59,699 nucleotides of DNA from Stramenopiles sp. TOSAG23-2 (Eukaryota). Of the stretch, positions 12,922-24,361 are shown one piece after another. Below the pieces are notes generated by a model. The model searched no databases, was not told the DNA's origin, and saw only the letters and a list, made by a program, of their open reading frames with translations. The stretch is taken from contig LT649253.1 in NCBI GenBank assembly GCA_900128395.1, positions 1-59,699 on the forward strand. Reading direction: 5' to 3'. Both the position numbers and the translations under genes were made by a program. Every line of letters begins with the position of its first letter. The stretch's first letter is position 1.

Positions 12922-15900
12922 TTAGCTACTAGATACTACTTCTTCTTTACCTTTATCCTCTTCTTTTTTCTTATTTTCAGCCTTTGTTCCTTCTTCTTCT
13001 TTACCCTTTTCCTCTTGTTCTTTTTTCTTATTTTCAGCTTCTTTGATTCCTTCTTCTTTTTTCTTTTCAGCTTCTTTTTTTCGTTCTTCAGCTTTTTTAG
13101 CTTTTGCATCTTCTTCAAGACGTAATCTTGTTTTATTGCTTTCTTCTTTTACTTTAATATCTTTTTTCTCTTGTTCTTCTAATTCCTTTGCAACTGTTTC
13201 GGCTCTTTCCTTTTTCTTCTTTGCTTCTTCCTGTAATTTTTTAGTTTCCTCTTCTTTCTTATTTGCTTGTTCTTCTTTCTTTGTTTCTTCCTCCTGTATT
13301 TTTTTCTTATCTGATTCTGCTTTTGCTTTTTTAGCTTTTTCTTTTGCTTTTTCTTTTGCTTCTGCAATACTTTTATCTCCTTCCTCTTTTACTCTTTTTG
13401 CAACTTTTTCTGCTTCCTCTTCTTTTATCTTTTGCTCTGCAGCTACACGTTCAGCTTCAACTTTTTTTGCATGTTCTTCTTTTTTTCGTTGTTGCTCTTT
13501 ACGATCTTCTTCTTTTTGCCTAGCTTCTTCTCTTTTTTCAAGCTCTTCTGCTACTTTTTTTGCTTTTTCTTCTGCTGCTATTTTTTTTGCTTTTTCCTCT
13601 TCATAACTATTAGATGACCAACCAGATTTCTTATCAAGTTGAACATTTGAGGCGGACATAGAATAATTTCCTAACTGAAGAACGGTCTGGTCATTTTCAA
13701 TATTATCATTAATATCATCTAATGCATCCTCCTGCTTTTCCACTACGGTTTCGTTTCCACCTTTTGGTTTAGAACCATAAGGGTTCTTCTTGTGCTTCTT
13801 TTTCATATCATTTGCTATTCTATTCATTTCACGTACATAATTACGTTTCATTTCTGGCTGTTCACCAATATCATCACGGTCGCCATGACAACTTAAACTG
13901 AGTATTGGACGTTCACGTGGATCTGGGTATAAACCAGTAGAAAAACTGAACGTATCATCAGAACTTGCAATGAAAGTCATTCCTAAATTTGATTTTGGAT
14001 TACTAGCCCATTCACGTACCCAGTCAGTGATATCGATGGAAACCCATGTAAACCGTTTACTTGGTTTAAATGTTACACAATCCATCGGGTTTTTTCCAAC
14101 GGTTGGTTTGGATTGCCATGTAACCGTACCCTTGTCGTATTTTTGTACATTTTTGCAAACTTTGACTGGATCTTTAGTGGCATCTTTCACAAATAAACGC
14201 AACATTACGCGTTTAAACATTGCGCCTTCTTCTGTTTTTTCTATAATTTTTGAAGTTCTAATACGCATGATGACTTCTTCGCTACCAATACTAAATTTCA
14301 CGTTACAATTAGTACCTTTGACATGTTTAAAATCCGTATGCAACGAACCGCCTTGTCGATCTAAACTATTGAATTTAACGTATTTCACATCTTTTGGGCA
14401 TGTCCAAACATCATCATAATCTTTACATAAATCAGCCACCTGTCTTGGTTGATTTGAATCGATATGGTGAATACGTGTACGTGTAATCATATACGTTTCC
14501 ACATTTGAAAAATGAATCTTCTGCTTTCACCGTTACTTTATCGCGATAATCACGACCCCATTGACTACTTCGACGTCCTTTACGAATGACTTCATTATAA
14601 TCACGCCCGCTGCTTCCACTGAAATCACCACACATACCTATCGATTTACCATCTCTCGGACCTTTGAAGGATAAATATGCATTTAAGTATCCACCCCAAT
14701 TACCACATCCATACCAACTTCTACAACCACCACCACGATCGCAACCACCGGCACCTTTTTGATGATGGTACCATCCATATTGCCACCAACCTGGGGTGTA
14801 CATACGTACATTTGGTCCGTAAATATTCCATGGATAATTGTATCTTAAATTTACATTTTTCGTGTAATAATCTCTATAACGAGTGTACAGATTCACACCT
14901 TTGCATTTTCCATCTTCCTCAACAGAAACTTTGTAATTGCTGTATTTACAATTTGGTGCTTCAAAGGAGATTGTATCGCATTTTCCACGTTTACCCTTAC
15001 CGTATTTCACCTCTTTTTCACATACACGTACGGCAACTGCCGATGTTGCCGATATGCTTGGATGTGCCATACGAAGCAATGCATGTACTTCAGATCTACT
15101 TTCAGGGTGTGAGTAATATATAAATTCACCAGCATCGTATATATTATAATATACCCCATCTGCTGTATTTGGGTGTGGATCCCCTACACTACGGCAATGA
15201 CCCCATGTAAAGCGAATTTCACAATGCTTGCCAACATAACCTTCATCACAATGACATACGCAAGTAGCGTTAAATTTAACATTTTCATGATTTGTGTCAC
15301 AATACCATTCATCATTGCAACTAGAAGTATATGAACCACGACCGTGGCCATTACAGCCACCGCCTTTTTCTGGACCATATGAGCGACATCGATCTCTCCT
15401 AGCAAATTCTGCTTGTTTTCTGGCTATTTTCTCCGCTTCTAAACGTTTCAATTCCTCATATTGCCATTTGCATACTTTCCCACCATCATCCGGTCCATCT
15501 TTAATTTGAAATGAAATAACACCACCAGCCGTTAAATCAAATGGTTTCAAAATTGCTGAACGATGGTAATCAGAGTCCAAACTTACACCTTCGCGATTGA
15601 AATTAAATACCAGTGCGTCTCTTCCAGATTTAGCACCTAAAGTACTATTTTTCTGCACACCAATGAGTGTACTAAATGAATCTCTTAACGTACCTTTCTC
15701 AAAGTTTTCTTCTAATACCGTATTAACCTTTTCAAAATTTCTATTTGGTGTCAAATCTGGAGCGTTATCTTGATCTGATTCAGCTGCTTCTTCCATTGCC
15801 CGTTGACGAGCACATGTACTAAATTGCTGTTGAACTTCATCAATAGAAGCAGTTTCACCAGCATCAGTAACACGTTTCATGCACATCCTAAGGTTTGCTA

Positions 15901-17086
15901 ATGTATTCGTACAGTTAACTTCTTCAATACAATCGGTCAATATGTCCGTATCGTTCATATCCTTTGGCTCCTCTTTTATGATTGGGAAATAGCCATCTAA
16001 CGCATTGTATAAATTAGTATCGTTGTCTTTTCGTTCTTTATCTTCTTGATCCATGATTCCAATTTCATTTTCTATTCTACCCATTTCATCATCAGTTGCA
16101 TTGACGTTCTCTACAAATTTGTCATTTTTGTTACGAGTTCGATAACCTAATACTTGCTCGTGTTTTTTATCTCTTTCTGTATGCCAAAAAGTTTCATCAT
16201 CAGTTGCATTGACGTTCTCTACAAATTTGTCATTTTTGTTACGAGTTCGATAACCTAATACTTGCTCGTGTTTTTTATCTCTTTCTGTATGCCAAAAAGT
16301 ATCTTTAATATTTTTTCTTTTTTGTAATAACCTATTCCAATCTTCTTTGCTCATGGAGTTTTTCAGTTTCAAATCATTTTCCTTCCGTTTACGCTCGTAA
16401 TATTTAAACTTCTGCTCTTTCATTTGATCCTGTTTCTTTTTTTGTTCCAACAGCTTTGCTTTCTTCTTCTTTTCCTTTTCCTCAATAGCTTTTAAACGTT
16501 CTTTTTCTACTTCTTTAAGTTGACCTTTCAAGTCTTTGACTTGCTTTGCCAATTTATTTGTCTTTTCCACTAATGGAGGAAGTTTTTTCGTATGGTTCTT
16601 TTGCTCTGCCGTTAAATTTCCAACCTTATACTTCTTGTTTTGACGTTTTACATTGAACTCTTTTTTAATGTTATGTTTTGTAATATTGCGCTTAGTCACA
16701 TTACGTTCGTTTCGTAAGTGTCTTGAGTTTAATTTACTAACTTCCTGACTATCTAATTGAACTATTTCTTGTTCTGTATGTTTTAATAACAATTTCGTAT
16801 CTTCAATTGTCTCATGTGCCTTTTTTGCAGCTTTAAAAATCGGTCTTGCCTTTGTATGCACACGTTTTAATTGATAACGAATATTGCTAGATTCTGGATG
16901 ATCCCCTAAATCCTTATGTTTCTTTGGAGCTTTTAATATATCTTTCGCCCTTGCACCAAGGAATACATATGGAGCCTTCCTGCCAACTTTAGCATTCTTA
17001 TTTAATAAGGAAGAAGATGAATCACCAACTGCAAGACATACATAACATGATATGATAATGCAAATTGATAAAAGAATCTTCACCAT
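12922..17086 (-). CDS. Large secreted multidomain protein (signal peptide, Lys-rich coil, Reelin-like segment, EGF, VWD, DNRLRE/CBM96-like domain, K/E coiled coil) with a frame break near 14432-14502
   Basis: Signal MVKILLSICIIISCYVCLAVG; EGF CNGHG...CHCDEGYVGKHCE; VWD CRSVGDPHPNTADG...GMCGDFSG; second ORF has TWQSKP...WVSIDITDWVREWASNPKSNLG...RPILSL; the two ORFs overlap in different frames and the second lacks its own credible start. Confidence 0.65.
16084..16300 (+). repeat. Exact 108-bp in-frame tandem duplication
   Basis: TFWHTERDKKHEQVLGYRTRNKNDKFVENVNATDDE occurs twice, identical at DNA level. Confidence 0.9.
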
Positions 17087-17383
17087 CTTTATATTGACAC
17101 ACAAAATAAAATTACACCACTAAATTGTTGTCCTCAAAGAAAAAACTTAAACAAATATATGTTTATGTACAAACTATTGTATAAAAACATGTTTATCTAT
17201 GCTTGTATATTTTTATTGATTGTTTATAAAATGTTTGTTGTGATATTATTATTATTTTGATAGAAACTTACTGTATTTTTAAATGATATGTGCATAGTAA
17301 GACTCTCGATATAGGAAGTATAGATAATAAACTACAACCCCCCTTTTTTATGTGAAGGAAAAAGCGAGGTGGAAAAACATCCC

Positions 17384-17973
17384 ATCCTGATTCCTGTAGT
17401 TGCGTTTCTTTTTACAACTGACCACGGCACAACAGCACAACAGCACAACAGCACAGCAATATAATATTATATGAGATGCTATTTAAGTGGCGGCAGCTAG
17501 AGCTACCGCTAACAGCTATTAATACCAGCTACAGTACAGCTAGAGCTACCACAGTAGACAGTAGACAGTAGATAATTTTAATGCAGCAGCAGTTATTATT
17601 ATCTCCCTACATTATTGTTGTTGCTATTATTGAAAAAACAATAATAAATAAACTGATGTAATAATACACAAAATAATAATCACTAGCAATACAAAAAAAC
17701 AATCAAATCCTGATTCCTGTAGTTGCGTTTCTTTTTACAACTGACCACGGCACAACAGCACAACAGCACAACAATACTATATAATATTAGATGCTACAAA
17801 AGTGGCGGCAGCTACCAGCTACAGCTACCAGGTAGCTAGCTACCAATAGATAATTATAATGCAGCAACAACAGTTATTATTTTATCTCTCCATCCCGATT
17901 GAAAAAACAACAACAAATAACTGATGTAATAATACACAAAATAATAATCACTAGCAATACAAAAAAACAATCA
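17384..17973 (+). repeat. Two diverged versions of the same divergent-promoter segment placed in tandem (17384-17705 and 17707-17973)
   Basis: Identical ends (ATCCTGATTCCTGTAGTTGCG... and ...CACTAGCAATACAAAAAAACAATCA) with an indel-rich, diverged middle. Confidence 0.85.
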
Positions 17974-18180
17974 CGATTATTGTGATATCAACTAAACATA
18001 AATTTCTACTAGCAAAGAGATTTGCATTAATGTAATCGATGGAACCTAAAACTGATGTAATAATACACAAAATAATAATCACTAGCAATACAAAAAAACA
18101 ATCACGATTATTGTGATATCAACTAAACATAAATTTCTACTAGCAAAGAGATTTGCATTAATGTAATCGATGGAACCTAA
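17919..18180 (+). repeat. Exact 131-bp tandem duplication over the 5' UTR/start codon
   Basis: ATGGAACCTAA at 18039 and at 18170, with identical preceding sequence. Confidence 0.9.
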
Positions 18181-21100
18181 CGATAAACTTGAAAAATCAT
18201 CAATTGCGATGGAGAAGAATACAGAAGAAACAATAAATGACTCGCTTCAATTTACACCAATAACAGAGTTTGTGAATAATGACTTACATTTCAACAATTT
18301 AAACAATATATTTAAAGACATATTTGATACGTTATCATCACAAAACTCTACCATAAAACAATTAAAAAAAGAAAAAGAAATGTCCCGAACAAAATATGAA
18401 AATCAAAGAGATACCTATACAAAAACAATAGATGAATTGAAAAATGAAATTAAAGAATTGAAGAATAATACAATTGAAATGAAAAGTCGTATGGTAACAA
18501 GGTCTGATTTATTAACTCAAGAAATACGTATGAATAAAACTGCGTCATTAAACGATTTAGATGAAGTTCGAATGTAAGTACTTTTTTGTTTGTTTTTGTT
18601 TACAGTAATCTTCCACGTAAAATAAAACTGCGTCATTAAACGATTTAGATGAAGTTCGAATGTAAGTACTTTTTTGTTTGTTTTTGTTTACAGTAATCTT
18701 CCACGTAACACTACTACTGCTATTATTATTATTGTTGTTGTTGTTGTTGTTGTTGTTACTACTACTTCTACCACCACCATTACACCCCTACTATGAAACA
18801 GAATATTCAGCACATAATAATTACTAACATTTAATATATGTATTATATTACATATAATAGACAACTGTTAGATTATGCTGAAAAAGAAGAAATTAGTAGA
18901 ATTGAAGGCATGATTGAAACAATACCAACTAACGAAAGTATTGATAAAAAAATTGAGAAAATGATACAACGTATCATTCAAGTAGAAACAGAGAGTCAAG
19001 CACGTAAAGATGATTACGTCTTATCCCATAGTTATGACTATGATACAAATGAGATACGCCAATCATTATTAGAATTACAAACAAATACATTTAATTCTAT
19101 CGGTGCACTCGAAGAGTGGCGTGAAGCATTGGAAGAAGATTTAGATATGATAAAAGTTGATTTAGATAGCAATATAGTAAGGCGGGATGAGTGGAATAAA
19201 GGTGCACTCGAAGAGTGGCGTGAAGCATTGGAAGAAGATTTAGATATGATAAAAGTTGATTTAGATAGCAATATAGTAAGGCGGGATGAGTGGAATAAAT
19301 TTATAGAACATGCCGAAGGGTTTGCTACTGGGGATATCACTGAACAAATTATGCATGATATCCGTGGTAGCCAATCACAAATCGATAAATTAGTACGTGA
19401 TGCAAAAAAATTATATGACGTCCAAGGTAAGCATGAAGATGTAATAAATAAAAAAGCTGAAAAAACAGATGTATCAGCAATGCAAGAGTTTAATGCAATA
19501 ACATATGCTACTAATGAAATTATGCATATGAAAAACAAAGAAATTACACAAGATGCGAAAGAGACAAAGGAAATGGTTGCAAAAAATACCCGTCAACTAG
19601 TTACGAAAGTCGACAGGATGGAATCGGAGAAGCAACAAGATACCATTTTGGACATGCAAGATAGATTAGGTGATACTGTAGCAGAGCTTGGCGATAAGGC
19701 ACCAATTATGGATGTTACAAATTTAAGATTAGCAATGGAAAATATGCAGCATCAATTAACATTTATAAGAAATGAAATCGAAGGTATTAAATCTATAAGC
19801 AAAAAATTATGGATGTTACAAATTTAAGATTAGCAATGGAAAATATGCAGCATCAATTAACATTTATAAGAAATGAAATCGAAGGTATTAAATCTATAAG
19901 CAAAAAATCAAGCGAAATGGCAGAAGATGCAAAAATCTCCATGCCAATACCAATTGCATCTAATGCTATGATGATTCCACAACAAATGGCAGGGAATGTA
20001 CCATTACAGGAACAAGCTATAATGAATTCCCAAATGCTAAATCCTACTACGGCTGGTACAATATCTATTGGAAAAACTGTAGCAAAACAAACTACTGAAG
20101 CTGAACTTATTGCATATGGGCATTTAGGTTCTGGTAGAACAAGTTCAGTTGCATCACCACAACCAATAAATCCAGGGAATATACAACAACGTCAACAGCT
20201 ACAAGGACAAGATCCAGCACATATAATAAAATTCCAATTGAAAAATGCAATGGATCAATTAAATCATTTAGAGAAACAACATAGTAAAATAGAAAGACGA
20301 TTATCAAATTTAAAAAAGGAGCATGAAGATGAAATATTAAATGAAGAAAAGGAAGCGGAAGTTGACAACGAAGGCGAAGGAAAAAAAATGGAAATGCCAT
20401 CTAATATATCAATGGGTATACATCATATAGCAGAAGATGCACGTGCAAAAACTGCGAAAAGTAAAGATGCTCAAATTGCAGCAGAACTTACTAGAGCATC
20501 TTTATTAAATAGAATTGGCCAACATGAAGATAAGTTAATTCTCGCTGCAAAACGATTAGATGATCAAAAAGAATTAATTAGGCGTTTGCAAGAGCAGGTA
20601 GAACAGGCGGCATTGCAAAATCTTGGACGTGCGTCAGAGATTAAAGCAGCTGAAGATGAGGGAGCTATTGTTGGCGAGAAAAATGTAAGACCAAAAGCAA
20701 TTATGAAAAATAGTGTAAAAGTACAACAACAACAACGACAACTACCAATACAAAAAGAACCGGAAATTAATCTACAGCAAGAACAAAATTTACCTGCAGT
20801 AGGTGTCCGATGTTTATTTTGCGATCGTCCTGCAAGAAGAATTTCTAAACATGTTGGCTCAACAATACAAAAAGAACCGGAAATTAATCTACAGCAAGAA
20901 CAAAATTTACCTGCAGTAGGTGTCCGATGTTTATTTTGCGATCGTCCTGCAAGAAGAATTTCTAAACATGTTGGCTCAACAAATAAAAAAAATACAAATG
21001 TAAATATGGTACGAAAATCAACTAGAAAAGAATCACCTGAGAATCGCCAATTACCACGACGTCCACAAACAGCACGTGAACGTTCCTCACGATCATCCTT

Positions 21101-21305
21101 TAATAATAACAAGAAGAAGGATAAAAAAATACGAAAGAGTGTGAATATGAAAATCATGGATGGTACCGTTGCGCCACCACCAATACGTCAATCATTTCGT
21201 GTGTCTGCTTTAATTCCAACTAATGTAGCAACTGATGGTAGAAGAAAGAAGACAAAAGTGGGGTATAGTAGCAAAGTAGAAGAGGATAAAGAAGAGGAAG
21301 AGTAG
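18170..21305 (+). CDS. Coiled-coil protein with CLFCDRP motif, QRICH2/C16orf96 (DUF4795)-like, ~843 aa; exons 18170-18573 and 18861-21305
   Basis: Intron 18574-18860 (GTAAGTA...TACTAAC...TAG) joins the frames; removing the 99-, 101- and 117-bp duplications gives one ORF; KAE/KVD/KAP helical repeats and RCLFCDRP resemble the CLSCDRP motif of DUF4795 proteins (family call is an inference). Confidence 0.6.
18533..18708 (+). repeat. Exact 88-bp tandem duplication across the exon/intron boundary
   Basis: 18533-18620 repeated at 18621-18708. Confidence 0.9.
19102..19299 (+). repeat. Exact 99-bp in-frame tandem duplication
   Basis: GALEEWREALEEDLDMIKVDLDSNIVRRDEWNK twice, identical DNA. Confidence 0.9.
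19704..19907 (+). repeat. Exact 101-bp tandem duplication causing a frameshift
   Basis: ATGGATGTTACAAATTTAAG at 19708 and 19809. Confidence 0.9.
20746..20981 (+). repeat. Exact 117-bp in-frame tandem duplication
   Basis: IQKEPEINLQQEQNLPAVGVRCLFCDRPARRISKHVGST twice, identical DNA. Confidence 0.9.
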
Positions 21306-21591
21306 AAAAATACGAACCGTCAGTAAATATATTTCGCGTACACGAAGTAGTAGAGAGTTAGAGAGTCTGTAGAGAGAGAGGTGCATATTATAAATATTAA
21401 AATCGCTCATATATATTTTATAAGTGAGCTAGTATATGTAATTTCGAGTAGAAAAATACGAACCGTCAGTAAATATATTTCGCGTACACGAAGTAGTAGA
21501 GAGTTAGAGAGTCTGTAGAGAGAGAGGTGCATATTATAAATATTAAAATCGCTCATATATATTTTATAAGTGAGCTAGTATATGTAATTTC
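21300..21591 (+). repeat. Exact 146-bp tandem duplication in a 3' UTR
   Basis: GAGTAGAAAAATACGAACCGTCAG at 21300 and 21446. Confidence 0.9.
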
Positions 21592-21702
21592 ATTATATAT
21601 ATAAAAATATTAATAAACATAATGTATACAACATATCATACATCATACGTATATAGCTTCTCCTCCTCATCTCTCTTATTAAAATATCCTTTTTTTTGGT
21701 TC

Positions 21703-21960
21703 TTTTTTATTTCCTTGAATCCAACTCATTTTTCCTTACAATCATTGATATCCTATCAAGAGCATCTGATTCTTTTGATACTCTATTGTTACGTAAATCT
21801 AAACTTGTTAATGACATATTATTGCTTAATGTTTTTTATTTCCTTGAATCCAACTCATTTTTCCTTACAATCATTGATATCCTATCAAGAGCATCTGATT
21901 CTTTTGATACTCTATTGTTACGTAAATCTAAACTTGTTAATGACATATTATTGCTTAATG
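21703..21960 (+). repeat. Exact 129-bp tandem duplication of the DRC5 3' end
   Basis: TTTTTTATTTCCTTGAATCCAACTC at 21703 and 21832. Confidence 0.9.
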
Positions 21961-23113
21961 ATGATTCAATGGAACTAAATTCTGGTTCGTTTAATTCATT
22001 ATTTGATAAATCAATTGCCGCTAATGCACTATGCGGAAATTGAAATAACGTACTCAATTCATCCGCACTTTGTTCTGCTAATGAATTCGCACTTAAATTT
22101 AACAATTGTAAACTTCCATTATCTCTAAGACCTTGTAATAATGCTTTACCACCATTATCAGTTAAACGATTTAAACGTAAATTTAACTCAATTAAACTTT
22201 CATTTCTACGTAATGCTCTACCTAAATATTTACCACCTTCAGCATGTATTTGATTATCTGCTAAATTTAAACATGTCAATACAGAGCGCGAGCCAAGTAA
22301 TTTTGCTAATAATCTTGCACCATGATTTGTAATTTTATTATGTGAAAAATCCAAATGTGTAATTGTACTATTATTAATTAAACCACCCATTAATTGGCGT
22401 AATAAATCATCATCAATTAAATTTGCTGGTAACATCAACGTTGTTAAAACATCTGTAGTTTTAATACATTGTTTCAAACTGTCTGCATCGGATATCTTCA
22501 TGCCAAACAAGGAACGTTCGTAATTCATTTTAATTTGTTTTACACCATACGTCAATTCCAATTTACTTAAATTTGGTAAACGACTAAATATGTGACTTAA
22601 ATCCATATGTGACATTAATTGTTTAATAGTTAAATTAAACACATAATCTTCCGCTGCTTCTAACTTGCTACGTAATTCATCAATATCATGTACATTTGGA
22701 TCAAAAGTTTCCAATTGTTCTTCAATAAATTTCTCAAAAAACGTCTGTTTCCACGTCAAACCATGTTCCGCTATTTGGCAATTTTTCCAACCGTTACCTT
22801 CTATGCAACAACGTTTCCAATATGATTCAGAGTGTATAAATGCTGCACTAATATTAACAGGTAACGTTAACGATAGTTGATCCACTAATTTTGGTAATAA
22901 TTTTTCTGGTAATCCATCAATATTTGGATTTTTATCAAAGTTCACCGCAATGGTGCGTATGCATTTATTGACCAACGATTCCTTTCCTTTATGTTCTTGA
23001 AACGCAGCATTTTCATCATTATCAGAGGTTTTACTATGACCTGGTCTGGTTAAATGGTGTGTTTTGTATTTTTTCACTTCATCTGCATATACAAAGGTAT
23101 GATCGTGATGCAT
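21836..23113 (-). CDS. DRC5: Dynein regulatory complex subunit 5 (TCTE1), leucine-rich repeat protein, 425 aa
   Basis: ESYWKRCC...CQIAEHGLTWKQTFFEK, LELTYGVKQIKMNYERSLFGMKISDA, followed by RNI-like LRRs (LDFSHNKITNHGARLLAKLL, LNLRLNRLTDNGG): characteristic TCTE1 motifs. Confidence 0.9.
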   Translation of the reverse strand: MHHDHTFVYADEVKKYKTHHLTRPGHSKTSDNDENAAFQEHKGKESLVNKCIRTIAVNFDKNPNIDGLPEKLLPKLVDQLSLTLPVNISAAFIHSESYWKRCCIEGNGWKNCQIAEHGLTWKQTFFEKFIEEQLETFDPNVHDIDELRSKLEAAEDYVFNLTIKQLMSHMDLSHIFSRLPNLSKLELTYGVKQIKMNYERSLFGMKISDADSLKQCIKTTDVLTTLMLPANLIDDDLLRQLMGGLINNSTITHLDFSHNKITNHGARLLAKLLGSRSVLTCLNLADNQIHAEGGKYLGRALRRNESLIELNLRLNRLTDNGGKALLQGLRDNGSLQLLNLSANSLAEQSADELSTLFQFPHSALAAIDLSNNELNEPEFSSIESSLSNNMSLTSLDLRNNRVSKESDALDRISMIVRKNELDSRK

Positions 23114-24361
23114 TGTATTTTGTTGTTTGTTCGTTGAATATAATTAATATTTGAATTACTCTTCTTATTGCATTTAATAGAATATCTCTATATATATCAA
23201 TGTATATTTATTACGATCAATCAATCGATAGATAGATAGATGTCAAATAATGTTTGTACAAGTTGTATGATGTATATGTCAAGGAGTATTCACAGAGGAG
23301 GAATTTATATTTCTTATTTTTTAATTAATGTTTTTTTTTTTATTATGTGATGGAAGACGATTTATTCAAGTACAACTTATTTTATATATTTACTTGCTGT
23401 GTATATGTTCTATCTTAGTCTATGCAAAAACATAACTATCAATTTCTGAGTACAGTAATTGACATACACATTATTTTGTTGGCAATCGGAATTGGCAATG
23501 ATGAAACGTTAAAATTAACGATATAATAATAAAAAGTGTGTTAGTATATGAATATGGTGTACTTGAATGTAATATGTAATAGGAGTGGTATCGTCATGCT
23601 AAACCAGTACGTATTGCTGCTAACCCTAATGATAAGATGACTGTGGGAATAATCGTGCGATTAGTAGGTACATAGCATTGCTGTAGAACTGTGCTAACGC
23701 TTATAGCTCATTGTAATCTGATGTATGATGATGTAATGATGATGCAATGATAATCGATTCCAAATTCCTATAATAGTGCGATTAGTTAATTAGTAGGTAC
23801 ATATAGGACATCTAGGTACATAAGTATAGATCTAGAATAGAGTATAGGTATAGATAGCACGAAATGAAGCCGATTAGTAGGTACATAGCACATAGCACCA
23901 GTATCCAGCAGGTGCAGGTTACCCGACACAATCGTGTTCGCTCTGGTGATAATGCTATGTGTATATTATCTTCGAATACAATGCTATACAGATGCTATTT
24001 TTAAAATCAATAGTGTATCGTTTTAATTGGTGGCAAGCATTAAGGTATATATATACGATGGGAACAGCACACTTAAAGAACCACCGCCCCCTATAACTAG
24101 CTGCTAAAACACTTGTTCGTTTTTATGGCCGTTTTATTAGCAATAAATACATCAATAAATGCATCAATATTGATCAATAAATGTATGTACATCGTTGACA
24201 GAGGGAAAAACAAACAAAAGTGTAGAAGAACAAATACCAAAGAACAGTTGTAAAACAATATATATATATATAAGTCTATCGTAATACATATTCGTTTCAT
24301 AAATATAGTAGTACATATAATATATATATAGTTAAAAAAAAAAAACATAATATAACAAAAA
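23114..24361. promoter_or_regulatory. Divergent intergenic/promoter region shared by DRC5 and DRC1, with a repeated ATTAGTAGGTACATA motif
   Basis: Genes start at 23113 (-) and 24362 (+); CGATTAGTAGGTACATAGCA at 23658 and 23871, ATTAGTAGGTACATA at 23789, TAGGTACATA at 23813. Confidence 0.5.

Noticed and set aside
13043..13617. Phe/Ser-rich plus-strand ORFs, and similar antisense ORFs such as 4831-5520, 33711-34022, 43136-43477 and 53314-53949
   Set aside because: Shadows of low-complexity K/E-, S- or N-rich coding sequence on the opposite strand
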